Source: Bdellovibrionales bacterium
GTDB taxonomy: Bacteria; Bdellovibrionota; Bdellovibrionia; Bdellovibrionales; UBA1609
NCBI GenBank assembly: GCA_965261545.1
Contig: CBDHDF010000010.1
Coordinates: forward strand, 800,001 to 864,000
DNA: 64,000 bases
Reading direction: 5' to 3'
The notes under the pieces are model-generated. The model was not told the origin of the DNA and did no database searches. It saw nothing but the letters and a program-made list of their open reading frames with translations. The translations under genes and the position numbers were made by a program. Shown here piece after piece: positions 10,460 through 20,317 of this stretch. Position 1 is the first letter of the stretch. Each line of letters begins with the position of its first letter.

Positions 10460-10639
10460 GAGGATATTTTCTACATATTTCTATGATATATCAATATTTA
10501 AAACGATAAAATCCTATTTTGTTTTCTACACTTTTTTTACGTCAATTTTAATTTTTCCAGCAGCTACCATTATATTTCAGTACAACCCCAATTTCTGGAA
10601 ATTTCGCATTTTAACGCAGATGCTGCTGTCAAACTCGGG
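9040..10639 (-). mobile_element. IS1634-family element a (3'-truncated by IS256)
   Basis: End CCCGAGTTTGACAG at 10639; transposase inside. Confidence 0.85.
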
Positions 10640-10661
10640 ACGCATTAACGAGGAGGTGTCT

Positions 10662-12176
10662 ATGGGCAAACAAGGTAAGAAAAAAGGAGCAAGAATGATC
10701 AACAATATTAAGAAATACATAGAGCTTGGACTCAGTTCGAGACAAATAGCTCGAGCTATGGGTGTTAGTCGGAACACTGTGAAGAAGTATGTGAAGGATA
10801 GTCCCGGAGGCCCTAACAGCCGCTCAAAGGGGTCGCATGGGCCCTACCAAGCCCCATGGTCATCCAAGGTGAATTGGACAGATGTTCGCCTCAAGCAAAG
10901 CCTAGGGACTCAATTGGCTCATTACTGGGAGCGACATATTCAGTCCGAGATTGACGGTGTGAGTTATCTTTCTTTTTGGAGAGAGTTTCGTCGGAGGCAC
11001 CCAAGTATAAAACTTGATATGCACCAGACATTCACCCCTGGTGAACGGAGTGAGTTTGACTATAAGGGAAAAGACTCTTGTTTTGGCTATACAGATGCCA
11101 AGACTGGGGAGTTCATCCAATGTCGATTATTTGGGATGATACTTCCATCGAGTCAGTTTTTCTTTCCCTGCGCCACATTAACAGAGCAGCGGGAAGATGT
11201 TTTTTCCTCCATAGCTTCTGGTTTTGAGTTTTTTGGTGGTGTGACCGGAACCATTGCTTTTGATAACGCAAAGGTTCAAGTGACAAGAGCTGATACTTAT
11301 GATCCCGATATTAACTCTGAGTTTCACCTCTTGTGTGATCACTACAATGTGGCTCCTTTGGCGATGAGGCCATCTCATCCCAAAGACAAGAGTCTTATCG
11401 AAAATACCCTTGGAGTCTTTTGGCGCTGGTCTTGGCCCCAGATAAGAGAGCGACAAATGTATTCTCTAGCAGACATCAACGCTGAGTTGAAGCATTTGGC
11501 AGCTATTTTCAATGATCGTATTCAAAAAAAGTATGGGTTGAGTCGTCGACAGAAGTTTGAATCTTTTGAGAAGTCAAAATTGAATCCTCTTCCTGAAAGA
11601 CGCTATGAGAGTGGATTCTGGAAGCATGCCAAGGTTCATCCGGATTGTCACATTCAATATAACTACAATTTTTACTCTGTTCCTTATAAGCATCGCGGCA
11701 AGAAATTAGATATTCGTATTAGCCAACAATGCTTGGAGGTTTATTCAGAATTAGAGCGGGTGGCGATACATCACATCCCCCAGGGAAGTCGAGGGCGCTA
11801 TTTTACGACAAAATCTCATCTCCCTGAGTCCCACCGGGCCATTTTAGAGCAAACGCCACAAAATGTACTTAAAGAGGCATCAAGCCTTGGAGAAAGCATT
11901 CACAAAGTTGCTCAACGGCTTATCAAAGAGCCTCGCCATCCGCTTATGTATCTTCGCCGTGTTCAGGGGATACTCAATCTAAGAAAGCGTTATTCAACAG
12001 CTTCTTTGGAGCAGGCTTGCTCATTTTTTGTAGATGCAGCTTTAAGTGACATTAGGGTTCGTGGAGTTGAGAAAGTCATTTCAGCAAAAAGTCATCGAAA
12101 AGAGGAGCCAAGAGTCTGCCGTCAACCTAATGAAAACTTAAGAGGTTCAGGGCACTGGGAGAATACTTGGCACTGA
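10662..12176 (+). CDS. istA: IS21 transposase IstA (start after GAGGAGG at 10662)
   Basis: HTH, PGERSEFDY, FDNAK, PKDKSLIE, NFYSVP; the 574-aa ORF call extends into neighbouring IS1634 DNA. Confidence 0.93.
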   Translation: MGKQGKKKGARMINNIKKYIELGLSSRQIARAMGVSRNTVKKYVKDSPGGPNSRSKGSHGPYQAPWSSKVNWTDVRLKQSLGTQLAHYWERHIQSEIDGVSYLSFWREFRRRHPSIKLDMHQTFTPGERSEFDYKGKDSCFGYTDAKTGEFIQCRLFGMILPSSQFFFPCATLTEQREDVFSSIASGFEFFGGVTGTIAFDNAKVQVTRADTYDPDINSEFHLLCDHYNVAPLAMRPSHPKDKSLIENTLGVFWRWSWPQIRERQMYSLADINAELKHLAAIFNDRIQKKYGLSRRQKFESFEKSKLNPLPERRYESGFWKHAKVHPDCHIQYNYNFYSVPYKHRGKKLDIRISQQCLEVYSELERVAIHHIPQGSRGRYFTTKSHLPESHRAILEQTPQNVLKEASSLGESIHKVAQRLIKEPRHPLMYLRRVQGILNLRKRYSTASLEQACSFFVDAALSDIRVRGVEKVISAKSHRKEEPRVCRQPNENLRGSGHWENTWH

Positions 12177-12256
12177 TCCATAGCCCCGGTGGGTGGTTCT
12201 CAACCACCTAACGGGTCATTTGGACCTCCATAAGAGAGGTCGTATAGGAGAAGAAA

Positions 12257-12985
12257 ATGATTAAACAAACAGAAAATTTATTAGAGATATTAAAAATGAG
12301 GGGAGTTTTAGCAACCTTGAGCCAGAGGCTCAAAGAAGCTGAGGAGCAGGATCTTGGTTACGAAGATTTTCTAAATGTCATCTTTGAGGACGAGAAAATC
12401 CATCGTGACAATCAGAAGGTCTTAAGACTTATCAAAAGAGCAGCTTTGAAGCAAAAAGCAAGCCTTGAGGCCTTTGAAACCAAGCCCAGCCGAGGAGTCG
12501 ATCGAAGAGTTTTGAGTGATCTAGCCCTTATGAGATTTGCTCAAAGAGGTCAAAATATAATTATCTCTGGCCCAACAGGTGTTGGAAAGTCATATTTGGC
12601 TTGTGCCATAGGCAATCACGCCTGTCGCCAGGGTTTTTCCACTCAGTTCTTCAGAATGAATACTCTTGTTGAAAAATTCAACTTAGAAAGAGCCCAGGGG
12701 ACATATCTAAACTTCCTTAAAAGGCTAAAATCAATCTCTATACTTGTGTTGGATGACTTTGGTATCAAACCCCTTACCTCCAGCCAATATCAAGACCTTT
12801 ACGATGTGATTGATGAACGAGGCCCTGACCTGAGCCTCATTCTTACAACCCAACTTCCAATAAAAAATTGGAGTGAAGTCATTGGGGATCCCATCGTTTG
12901 TGAAGCTATTATGGATCGCATAACCTCTCAAGCTATCAAAATAGCCATGTCTGGAAGCTCATTTAGGCAGAGAAAGACGATTTAA
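12257..12985 (+). CDS. istB: IS21 helper AAA+ ATPase IstB
   Basis: GPTGVGKS, LVLDDFG, AIMDRI. Confidence 0.95.
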   Translation: MIKQTENLLEILKMRGVLATLSQRLKEAEEQDLGYEDFLNVIFEDEKIHRDNQKVLRLIKRAALKQKASLEAFETKPSRGVDRRVLSDLALMRFAQRGQNIIISGPTGVGKSYLACAIGNHACRQGFSTQFFRMNTLVEKFNLERAQGTYLNFLKRLKSISILVLDDFGIKPLTSSQYQDLYDVIDERGPDLSLILTTQLPIKNWSEVIGDPIVCEAIMDRITSQAIKIAMSGSSFRQRKTI

Positions 12986-13061
12986 GGAGAATCCATGCAA
13001 AAGCAGACCTTAGAAGACACCATCGGGAGACACTCCATCGGAACTATTGAATCATGTACCC

Positions 13062-13159
13062 GCCAGTTATCCACAAAATTTACCCACGGCAGCGCTGCGT
13101 TGATAGACATCGGGGTCACAGACGCAGCGTCACCATGGATAAATTTGTGGATAACTGGC
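13062..13159 (+). repeat. ~98-bp palindromic DnaA-box hairpin, copy in IS21-B
   Basis: GCCAGTTATCCACAAAATTTACCCAC ... ATGGATAAATTTGTGGATAACTGGC; homologues at 16718-16820 and 33987-34084. Confidence 0.85.
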
Positions 13160-13512
13160 TCGCTATTCTCTGCCATTTTGAGCCATGGGTTCAACATCCC
13201 CATCGAAAAACCCTCCATTGAAACCTCAAAAATGGGAAGGGCCGAGATTCTCAATGACAAAGTGGCCAATTTTAGTTGGCATCTAACATTCTGGCAAATA
13301 AGCCTTAACCCACCGTTGGGACATCGTGACATTGAGGGTGTAAAAGTTACTGAGTCAGCAGAAAAAAGAAGGTTTAAATTGACAAAGTTTGAGCCACCGT
13401 GAAATTCAAAATTGGACCTCAAATTGACTGACTGAGGGGTGGGTCAAACTTCGTGAAATTCAGTGGGTCAAACTTCGTGAAATTCAGTGGGTCAAACTCG
13501 TGAAATTCAGCA

Positions 13513-14305
13513 CTCACTTCTGTGACGGCTTCTCGGTGGTTCCAAGGAAGACTCGCTAGAGCCTGTGGAGAAAGATTTTCTGCAAACCTTATAAAGGCTT
13601 TTAACTCTGACTTTACAAGACTGTGAAGGTCTGAAAATACCTCCCTCTTCTTCTCTAATACACAATTTTTGGCTAGAAAAAAATACTTTCGAGCGGCCTT
13701 GATGATGGCTTTGATATCTATGGTTATACCCGATGGTAAGTAGGTCTTCTGCTTTTCTTGAAGATACGAAAGAATTTTGTAACACTTCTGAGCCAACTTT
13801 TTCAAAAGACTGGCATCGGAGGGATAAGCCATATTGGCTTCCTGAACGGTCGAATCGACATCCAAATGAGAGGCGTCTGCAAACCCCAGGGATTGAGCCA
13901 AGCGAAGAATATAATCTCCTATTTCTTTGTGAGTCTCTTCCGTCAGTCGATTGCGAAATTTTTCTATTTTCGTATGATCGGGACAACACCATTTTTTGAG
14001 GATATTTAGACCACAAAAAAGCTGATAACTGGCCGTCTCTTTTATCCGTTGCTCCACCCCTCGATCCGTGAGTTTGAATAGAACCTGAAGCAGCAGCACG
14101 GCTAGATGAACTCTTAAAAAGAGCTTTCTTCCTAGCCACCAAAAACCCTTTGCAGTCGTGGTTTTAAGTCGGGCATGACCAGACACGACAGATAGCTCCA
14201 ATCGACGTGGTTGGCCAGTTGAATCAGAGGATCGGATTCTGTGACGATAATAGATACCTTGGCAGGGTGGACCTTGGTTTCGAGGCCTTCTGGGCATAAA
14301 CTCAT
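13513..14305 (-). pseudogene. IS5/ISNCY-like transposase, frameshifted (~14165) and truncated
   Basis: MSLCPEGLETK...DPLIQLANHVDW in one frame; LTDRGVE...YQLFCG...PDHTKIEKFRNRL...DVDSTVQEANMAYPSD in the next. Confidence 0.8.
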
Positions 14306-14361
14306 AGCGATAATCCTTTATCATGAGGTGAAACATGGTAATAAGGTTAACAGGAGGCCCA

Positions 14362-14806
14362 ATGAAAAAGAAGCAAATCATTCAACCAAGAAGGAAAGAA
14401 CTTGAAAAGGCTATTAGTGATTTTTGTGACCAATATATAAACGATGAGTATAAAAACCTCTGTCACGGTGTAGTAGCAAGAATGTCTCGAAAAAGACAAG
14501 TCCCTTACATGACAGGAAGAGTAGAAATTTGGGCTGCGGGGATTATTCATGCCATTGGGAGAATTAACTTTCTTTATGATAGCAAGACGTCACCATATGT
14601 TTCCATGGATGAGTGAGATTGTTGAGCACTTCAACACATCAAAAAGGACAGTGGGGCCAAAAGCAAAAATCATCATGGATATGTGTAAAATGAACCATTT
14701 TGACCCAGAATTCTCTACTCGCTATCTTCAGGAGAGGAGCCCATTTAAAAATCTTATGCAAATTGAAAATTATATTTATCAAAAAGACCACCTTGAAGCT
14801 GAATGA
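14362..14806 (+). pseudogene. DUF6398-like protein with frameshift at a TGAG duplication (~14610)
   Basis: FCDQYINDEY...LC...RKR...G...WAAGIIHAIGRINFL.D then IVEHFNTSKRTV...FDPEFST; GGAGG SD. Confidence 0.7.
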
Positions 14807-14840
14807 TGGATTTCTTAAGTCTATTTCGCGACAGCGACTA

Positions 14841-14944
14841 ACTCATGTCGTTACCTCCTTGAGCCCAAGACTCGCTGCGAGGTGTGCTGAGGCACTTCCT
14901 CGTGTGGACTTTCACCACCGATGTATTTGCGCTTCGTGGCGCAC
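14841..14944 (-). ncRNA. 5' fragment (domain I start) of a second, different group II intron
   Basis: Begins GTGCGCCACGAAGCGC...GGTGGTGAAAGTCCAC...GCAGCGAGTCTTGG...GAGGTAAC. Confidence 0.7.
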
Positions 14945-15092
14945 AAGTAATATTATTCTTTTGTCCAAAGAATATAATCTAGATTTAAAACACCTTATTT
15001 TGGATAAAGGTTTTTATAGCCAAGAGAACATTAAAAGTTTACATAAACAGAATTTATCTTATATTATTCCTATGAGTTTTAGCTCCAAGCTA
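14945..15092 (+). pseudogene. IS1634 transposase internal fragment (element d)
   Basis: LILDKGFYSQENIKSL...YIIPMSF resembles LVMDKGFSSVENIKGL...YLIPMSF in 28966-30522. Confidence 0.75.
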
Positions 15093-16717
15093 CCTGAATT
15101 CATGGTTAAAAATATACACCAGGATTATTCTTCTTCAAAAATTTTGAAAAAATCTCATTTTCAAAGGGAAAATTCAATTTTTTCTTAGATTTTAATAAAA
15201 AATCTATTTTCATTTTCTCAAAAATGGTGTATAAAATATACACCATGACAAAGGGGGTGAAATGAGTTTTATAAGAAGAATAAAGAAAAAGAACGGTCAA
15301 GTTTATTTAGCTGAGGTTGAAAATAAGTGGATTGATGGTAAGTCTGTGCAAAAACACATTCGTTATCTTGGCAAAGAAGTCGACGGTGAAACAGTAATTT
15401 CTCTTTCATCAAAAGATCTTCAAGTTGATAGTGTAAAAATTTATGGCCCACTTCTTGTATTTCATAGTATTGCGAAGAAGATTAATCTTCCAGATATTCT
15501 AGGAGAATATTCTAATGAAATATTAAGTATGGTTTATGCTCATTGTATGGATTATAAGAGTGTTCACAAAATGCCATCATGGTATAAGCGTACAGATTTA
15601 AATCTTCTTTTAGGTTTAGACAAGCTAACAGAAAATCGTTTAGTCTCAGCCATGGATAATCTAAATGAATCTAAGATACATGAATATCAAAGAAATATCT
15701 TTAACAATGTAAAGAAGATATATAAATTAAATTCAAAAGGAATTGTTTACGATGTAACAAATACTTATTTTCATGGAAAAACATGTGGTTTTGGAGAGAA
15801 AGGAAAGAGTAAAGATGGCAAACGTCAAAATGACCTCATACAAATAGGTTTAGCAACAACTCAAAAAGAAGGCATCCCAGTTTTTCATAAAAGTTTCAAG
15901 GGAAATATTCATGACAGTAGAACCTTAATGTCTCTTTCAGATAGTTTTAGTGAGTACCGATTGAATTCAGGTTTATTTGTATATGACCGAGGCATCACCT
16001 CTGAAAAAAACCTAAATTCTATAGGTAAAATGGGCTGGAAAACACTTTGTGGATTAACAATGAGAGAAAAAGAAAAGAATGCCATTAGAAAATTGTTGAA
16101 GAAGGGGTCTATGGATCAATTTTCTAACATGGTTCAAATAAATGGAAATGTTATTTATGTCAAAGGAATTCCACACAAATTTGGATCGATTAAAGGAAAA
16201 TTAGCCATTTGTTATAATGAGACTAAGAGAATAGAGATTAAAGAATCTAGAAGAAACAAAATTGTGGAAGCTCAGAAATTAATAAATGAAAATAAAGAAA
16301 TTTTGATCGGTCTTGATAAATATTTAACTTCTACAGGAAGATTAAGAGAATTCGTACTTCAAAATGCTGAAGAATTTGATGGATACTCATGTATTTTTTG
16401 TACTAAAAATATACCTGATGAAGATATGGTAAGACTTTATTATGATAAAGATATTATAGAAAAAGCATTTCGTACTCTTAAGGGAGTATCAAAGTTAAGG
16501 CCTATTCGATTTAGATTAAAAAAACGTGTGGAGACTCACGTGTTTATATGCTATTTATCTTATCTTATACTATCAATTTTAAGGCTATATCCGAGTTTCT
16601 CGGAGCCTAAAGTCCAAATTCCCTAGGGAAATAGCTAAAAACTGGATGTACAGGTTATTCCTAAGATTTGTACATAAAAACACGGAGGACAGGGCTACCA
16701 AATCACTTGTGTGGAGA

Positions 16718-16820
16718 GCCGCCGTTATCCACAAGACTCACCCACAGCAGCGCTGCTTTATTGTGGCTCCGAGGGCCATAGCCGCAGCGTCGCCATGGAT
16801 GAGTCTGTGGATAACTGACT
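16718..16820 (+). repeat. Palindromic DnaA-box hairpin, copy in ISL3
   Basis: GTTATCCACAAGACTCACCCA ... TGGATGAGTCTGTGGATAAC with compensatory substitutions. Confidence 0.85.
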
Positions 16821-16883
16821 CATCTTGGCGGAGTTAGTATGGGGAGGTGAATTGGAAAAAGAAATGTTGATCGACAATAAAAA

Positions 16884-18149
16884 CTATAATGTACAAAAAC
16901 GCTTGGGGAAACTTCCAACAATATCCAAATCCCCAGCACACAAGTAAATCATATTCTCAAAACCCTGTAGGTTCTTAAATCCTGAAGCCCGATTTTTTAT
17001 GATCTTTAGAAGGCGATTGATTCCCTCAGCCTTGGCATTTGTGACAGGATCTTTAATGAAGGAAAGAATATTTTCTTGGTGCTTCCTGAGCATCAAGGCA
17101 AACTTTTTCATAGAATCAATGCGTGATCTTAAGGCACGAGTGATCCAGGCATTCAGAAAATTCGCAGCATGACCTGGACTCACATAATCCCAGAAATGCT
17201 CAAAATTATCTTTAAGCAGCCATGCTCTGAATATTTTATTGTTAGATTTCTCCATGAGGTTAATTTTACGAGTTTGGGCCTTACTACGAGAGGATGAACT
17301 GTAGGCTATCAACCAGCGAGTTCCCTTAATAGCCTTTCTGTCCTTCTTGCAGGCATCTCTCCAAATTTCTTTTCTCACCTCATCCACAGCCCTGTTGAGG
17401 GATTGAATAATGTGAAATTTGTCCAAAACGAGAGTAGCATTCTTACAATGCTCCTTGATAGAGGAGATGTAGCCTTGAGCCATATCACAACAAGCCACTC
17501 TAATTTTGTCTCGCTGATATTGGCTGAGTTCCTTTGTAAAAAAGGAGTCTATTGTCTCCTTACCCTTACCTTTTCCAATCCAAACGACACAGCCTTTCTT
17601 CATGTCGTAAATCAAGGTAATAAACTTCCTTCCCTTAGCATAAGAAATTTCATCGACTCCAATGACCTCCAAACCACGAATTTTGTGACCATCTCGTTCC
17701 CTGTGGATGATTCGATGAATAAGATCAGATAAGGTGGATGTGGGTATCTTGACAAGCTCTGAAACGGCTTTTTGGGTCATCTGCTTGGTCAGGGTCAGAA
17801 TTGTTAGTTCCAGACGATAGGTGACTCGACTGAAGTGGTCGGCCCAAGGAATTCTCTCCATAATACGACCATGAGTGGGACACAGAACTTCCTTCGGAGA
17901 ATAATGGAAATAAATGGGGGTACCGCACACGACGATATCTCGCCACACTCTTTCTTCTAAGCATCTAAGTATCTTACAGCGGCGTCCACAATGAGGACAG
18001 CGGCAGCCATTCTTATGGGGTTTAACCCCTAAGTGAAGTTCTTGATTTCGATTTTTAAATTTAACCCAAGTCACTTTTAAGAATGATAATTTCAACATCT
18101 TTATAATAAACTTATTCAAGACCATGGCATCTCCTGTATTATTTTCCAA
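16884..18149 (-). CDS. ISL3-family transposase, 421 aa
   Basis: CPHCG zinc finger, IGVDE, CDM, DKFH, TNAKAEGIN. Confidence 0.95.
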   Translation of the reverse strand: MENNTGDAMVLNKFIIKMLKLSFLKVTWVKFKNRNQELHLGVKPHKNGCRCPHCGRRCKILRCLEERVWRDIVVCGTPIYFHYSPKEVLCPTHGRIMERIPWADHFSRVTYRLELTILTLTKQMTQKAVSELVKIPTSTLSDLIHRIIHRERDGHKIRGLEVIGVDEISYAKGRKFITLIYDMKKGCVVWIGKGKGKETIDSFFTKELSQYQRDKIRVACCDMAQGYISSIKEHCKNATLVLDKFHIIQSLNRAVDEVRKEIWRDACKKDRKAIKGTRWLIAYSSSSRSKAQTRKINLMEKSNNKIFRAWLLKDNFEHFWDYVSPGHAANFLNAWITRALRSRIDSMKKFALMLRKHQENILSFIKDPVTNAKAEGINRLLKIIKNRASGFKNLQGFENMIYLCAGDLDIVGSFPKRFCTL

Positions 18150-19362
18150 TAAGTAAATTAAGAGATTAAACCATGGTTTTGTTATGGGTAAAGTAATGAG
18201 GGGGATAAATCATGGAAATTGAATTATTTTCTTGGTTTTTAATGCGGTAATTCTGCAACGTCGAAATTAGGCCCATTTTCTGTTGAGAAACTCGGATATA
18301 CCCAATTTTAAAATTAAACTTAAAATCTAAAGGCATAGATATATCGTCAGAAAAAGCAATTGAAGATTTAGAGGATATGTACAATGTTTATTTTTGTGAT
18401 AATAAAAAGAAAAATAAATTTATTAGATCTGTGACTTTAAGTAAACATCAAGAAAGAATATTACGATCAGTCAATGCCGTTTCCTTAAGAAAAATCTCTT
18501 GAAATCATTAGATAAATCGACAAGAATAAGACTTGTTTTATTTTACACCCAACCCTCAACCAAGGAGTAAGTCACATGCAATCCAATATTGATCTCGAAA
18601 GCCCCCAAATGACGAGTTCGCGTCACAGATGACCATTTTATTCTACCAAAACTTGATTCTTCCTTCAAGCCAGAGCACCTTGTCGATCCAGAAAAACAAA
18701 AAAGGAATCGAAAATTTAATCCTCAAATTTTCTTTTTTACCATTATCTATCTTATTTCCGGAACAAATTACGAAGGCTACCAAATCGCTCTTAAGACGGT
18801 ATGGACTCATTTTGGTGACCTGCTTCTCATGCCAGTCAAAAGCAGTCTCAGCAAGATACGTCAAAGTATTTCTTACCTATTTTTCAAAGATATCTTTGAA
18901 TCTCTGATTACAGACTACGAACCATTGAGAAAAACGTTTCATGGTTTTTATATCTATGCCATAGATGGCGACCAATTAGCACTTCCTCGCTCTAAAGATC
19001 TTTTAAAGGAGGGTTATTGTGGGTACCCTTGCCCAAATGAGATGGAAACTCATTTCTTACGTATGTATCTATCTCATGCTTATGACGTTTTATCGGGTGT
19101 GACAAAGAATCTTTGCTATTCTCCCGCTCTCAACGAAATCGCCAATGCTATTCAAATGATAGGTAGTTTTGAGAGTAATAGCATAACTCTCTACGATAGG
19201 CTTTATTTATCTACAGAGATTATTAAGGCCCATGCTCAAGCCAGTAACTTCTTTATTGCGCGTTGTAAGCGAGGCTCTACTTTTATCCCCATTGTAAATT
19301 TATTTAATGGCCCAGGTTGGTATTCACGAATGGTTATTGAGGGGGTGGTCATTCATCTCTAT

Positions 19363-19414
19363 TGTTAGGCGCCAATTAAAATTGGCCATTTTTAGAAGCC
19401 GTCGCCAATGAAAA
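19363..19414. mobile_element. 52-bp residual terminus of IS21-A
   Basis: Identical to 33682-33733; rejoins IS4-A through the shared CAATGAAAA. Confidence 0.9.
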
Positions 19415-19563
19415 TGGAGCAGTGGCACTCAACAAGCCTTAATGGAATATTGCAAGAGCTCATAGGTGTTCGTGGTTTTTTTCTAATTTTAATTCCGAAT
19501 TAATGGAAATACTTTTCAAGCCTCCTTTTTTACATAGAGGGAAGTGGGCGATTTATAAATATT

Positions 19564-19668
19564 TGTAACTGTTCAGGGGGTAGCAGAGTTCAAGAGGTAA
19601 ATTGCTCCTTCTTACCAGAGAAAATATAAATCTCTCTCTGTAAACTCATGCCCCCCTGAATAGATACA
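19564..19668. mobile_element. 105-bp MITE inside IS4-B copy 2
   Basis: Reverse complement of 2596-2700; TSD AATATT. Confidence 0.85.
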
Positions 19669-19747
19669 AATATTTATAGATGGTATTTTGAGAAATGGAC
19701 GCAGATTGACATTTGATATCCACGACAAGCCATGTGTTTTAAGAGAC

Positions 19748-20212
19748 TTAATTGTGTAACGAAAGAACTGTGGACTTTTGGGAACAACAGAATTTAAATT
19801 TCTTTCCACTTCCGCATGGACAGGATTGATTTCTTCCAATTTTTTCGCTTTGGTCATTTTTCTGCTGTGATGCAGACATATCTTCAGTTACAATTTTTTT
19901 TTGCTTTTCATCTTCCAAATCCTCATCCAAATTATCAAAAAGAATATCTCCTAGATTCTGGTGAAAGTAACGATTTTTAAATTGAGATATGAGCATCATA
20001 AAAATACATGTAAGAACCAAAAGTGTGAGTGAAGCAAAAAACAAAGAAGATGCTTGCATCTGAGTTAATGGGAGGATGAGTGCCAGTAAATAACCAAATC
20101 CAAATACCAATAAGGAAATAAGAAGAGATATAAAGGATCCCAAAGAAAGTAATATTAAAAGTCCAAAAATCATTGCTATTTTTTGCTCCTGTCGAATACA
20201 ATGAATCCGCAT
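19748..20212 (-). CDS. SEC-C motif membrane protein (IS4-B passenger)
   Basis: Identical to 2052-2516. Confidence 0.85.
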   Translation of the reverse strand: MRIHCIRQEQKIAMIFGLLILLSLGSFISLLISLLVFGFGYLLALILPLTQMQASSLFFASLTLLVLTCIFMMLISQFKNRYFHQNLGDILFDNLDEDLEDEKQKKIVTEDMSASQQKNDQSEKIGRNQSCPCGSGKKFKFCCSQKSTVLSLHN

Positions 20213-20317
20213 AGATACAAGTGAGTTATCTACAGACTTAATGATTCTCGCGTTAGTATCTTAATAGGTCAAGATTAATTGGAGGAAATTTTTATTTTTT
20301 AAACGCAGGGGGCAAAT

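Larger units (their letters stand above)
10640..13512 (+). mobile_element. IS21-family element IS21-B (left end removed by IS1634-a)
   Basis: Right end has three ~23-bp GTGGGTCAAACTTCGTGAAATTCA repeats ending GCA; intact left end seen at 56549. Confidence 0.92.
13513..14840 (-). mobile_element. IS5/ISNCY-like element remnant with a divergent passenger gene
   Basis: Probable terminus TAGTCGCTGTCGCGAAATAG at 14840; cut by IS21-B at 13512. Confidence 0.65.
16583..18303 (-). mobile_element. ISL3-family element (1721 bp)
   Basis: IR GG(C/G)TATATCCGAGTTTCTC; 8-bp TSD AATTTTAA. Confidence 0.95.
15093..18471 (+). mobile_element. IS1634-family element b (interrupted by ISL3, truncated by IS4-A)
   Basis: Begins CCTGAATTCATGG; frame resumes at 18312 (KLNLKSKGIDISSEKAIEDLEDM...). 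Confidence 0.85.
15262..18471 (+). pseudogene. IS1634 transposase disrupted by ISL3
   Basis: VYDVTNTYF, YDRG, KDIIEKAFRTLK, RPI motifs. Confidence 0.88.

Noticed and set aside
12995..13402. 135-aa ORF sharing AASPW.xLWIT with ORF 16646-16837
   Set aside because: The similarity is a by-product of the shared DNA palindrome, and the ORF runs through a fossil IS end; an SD is present, so translation is not fully excluded
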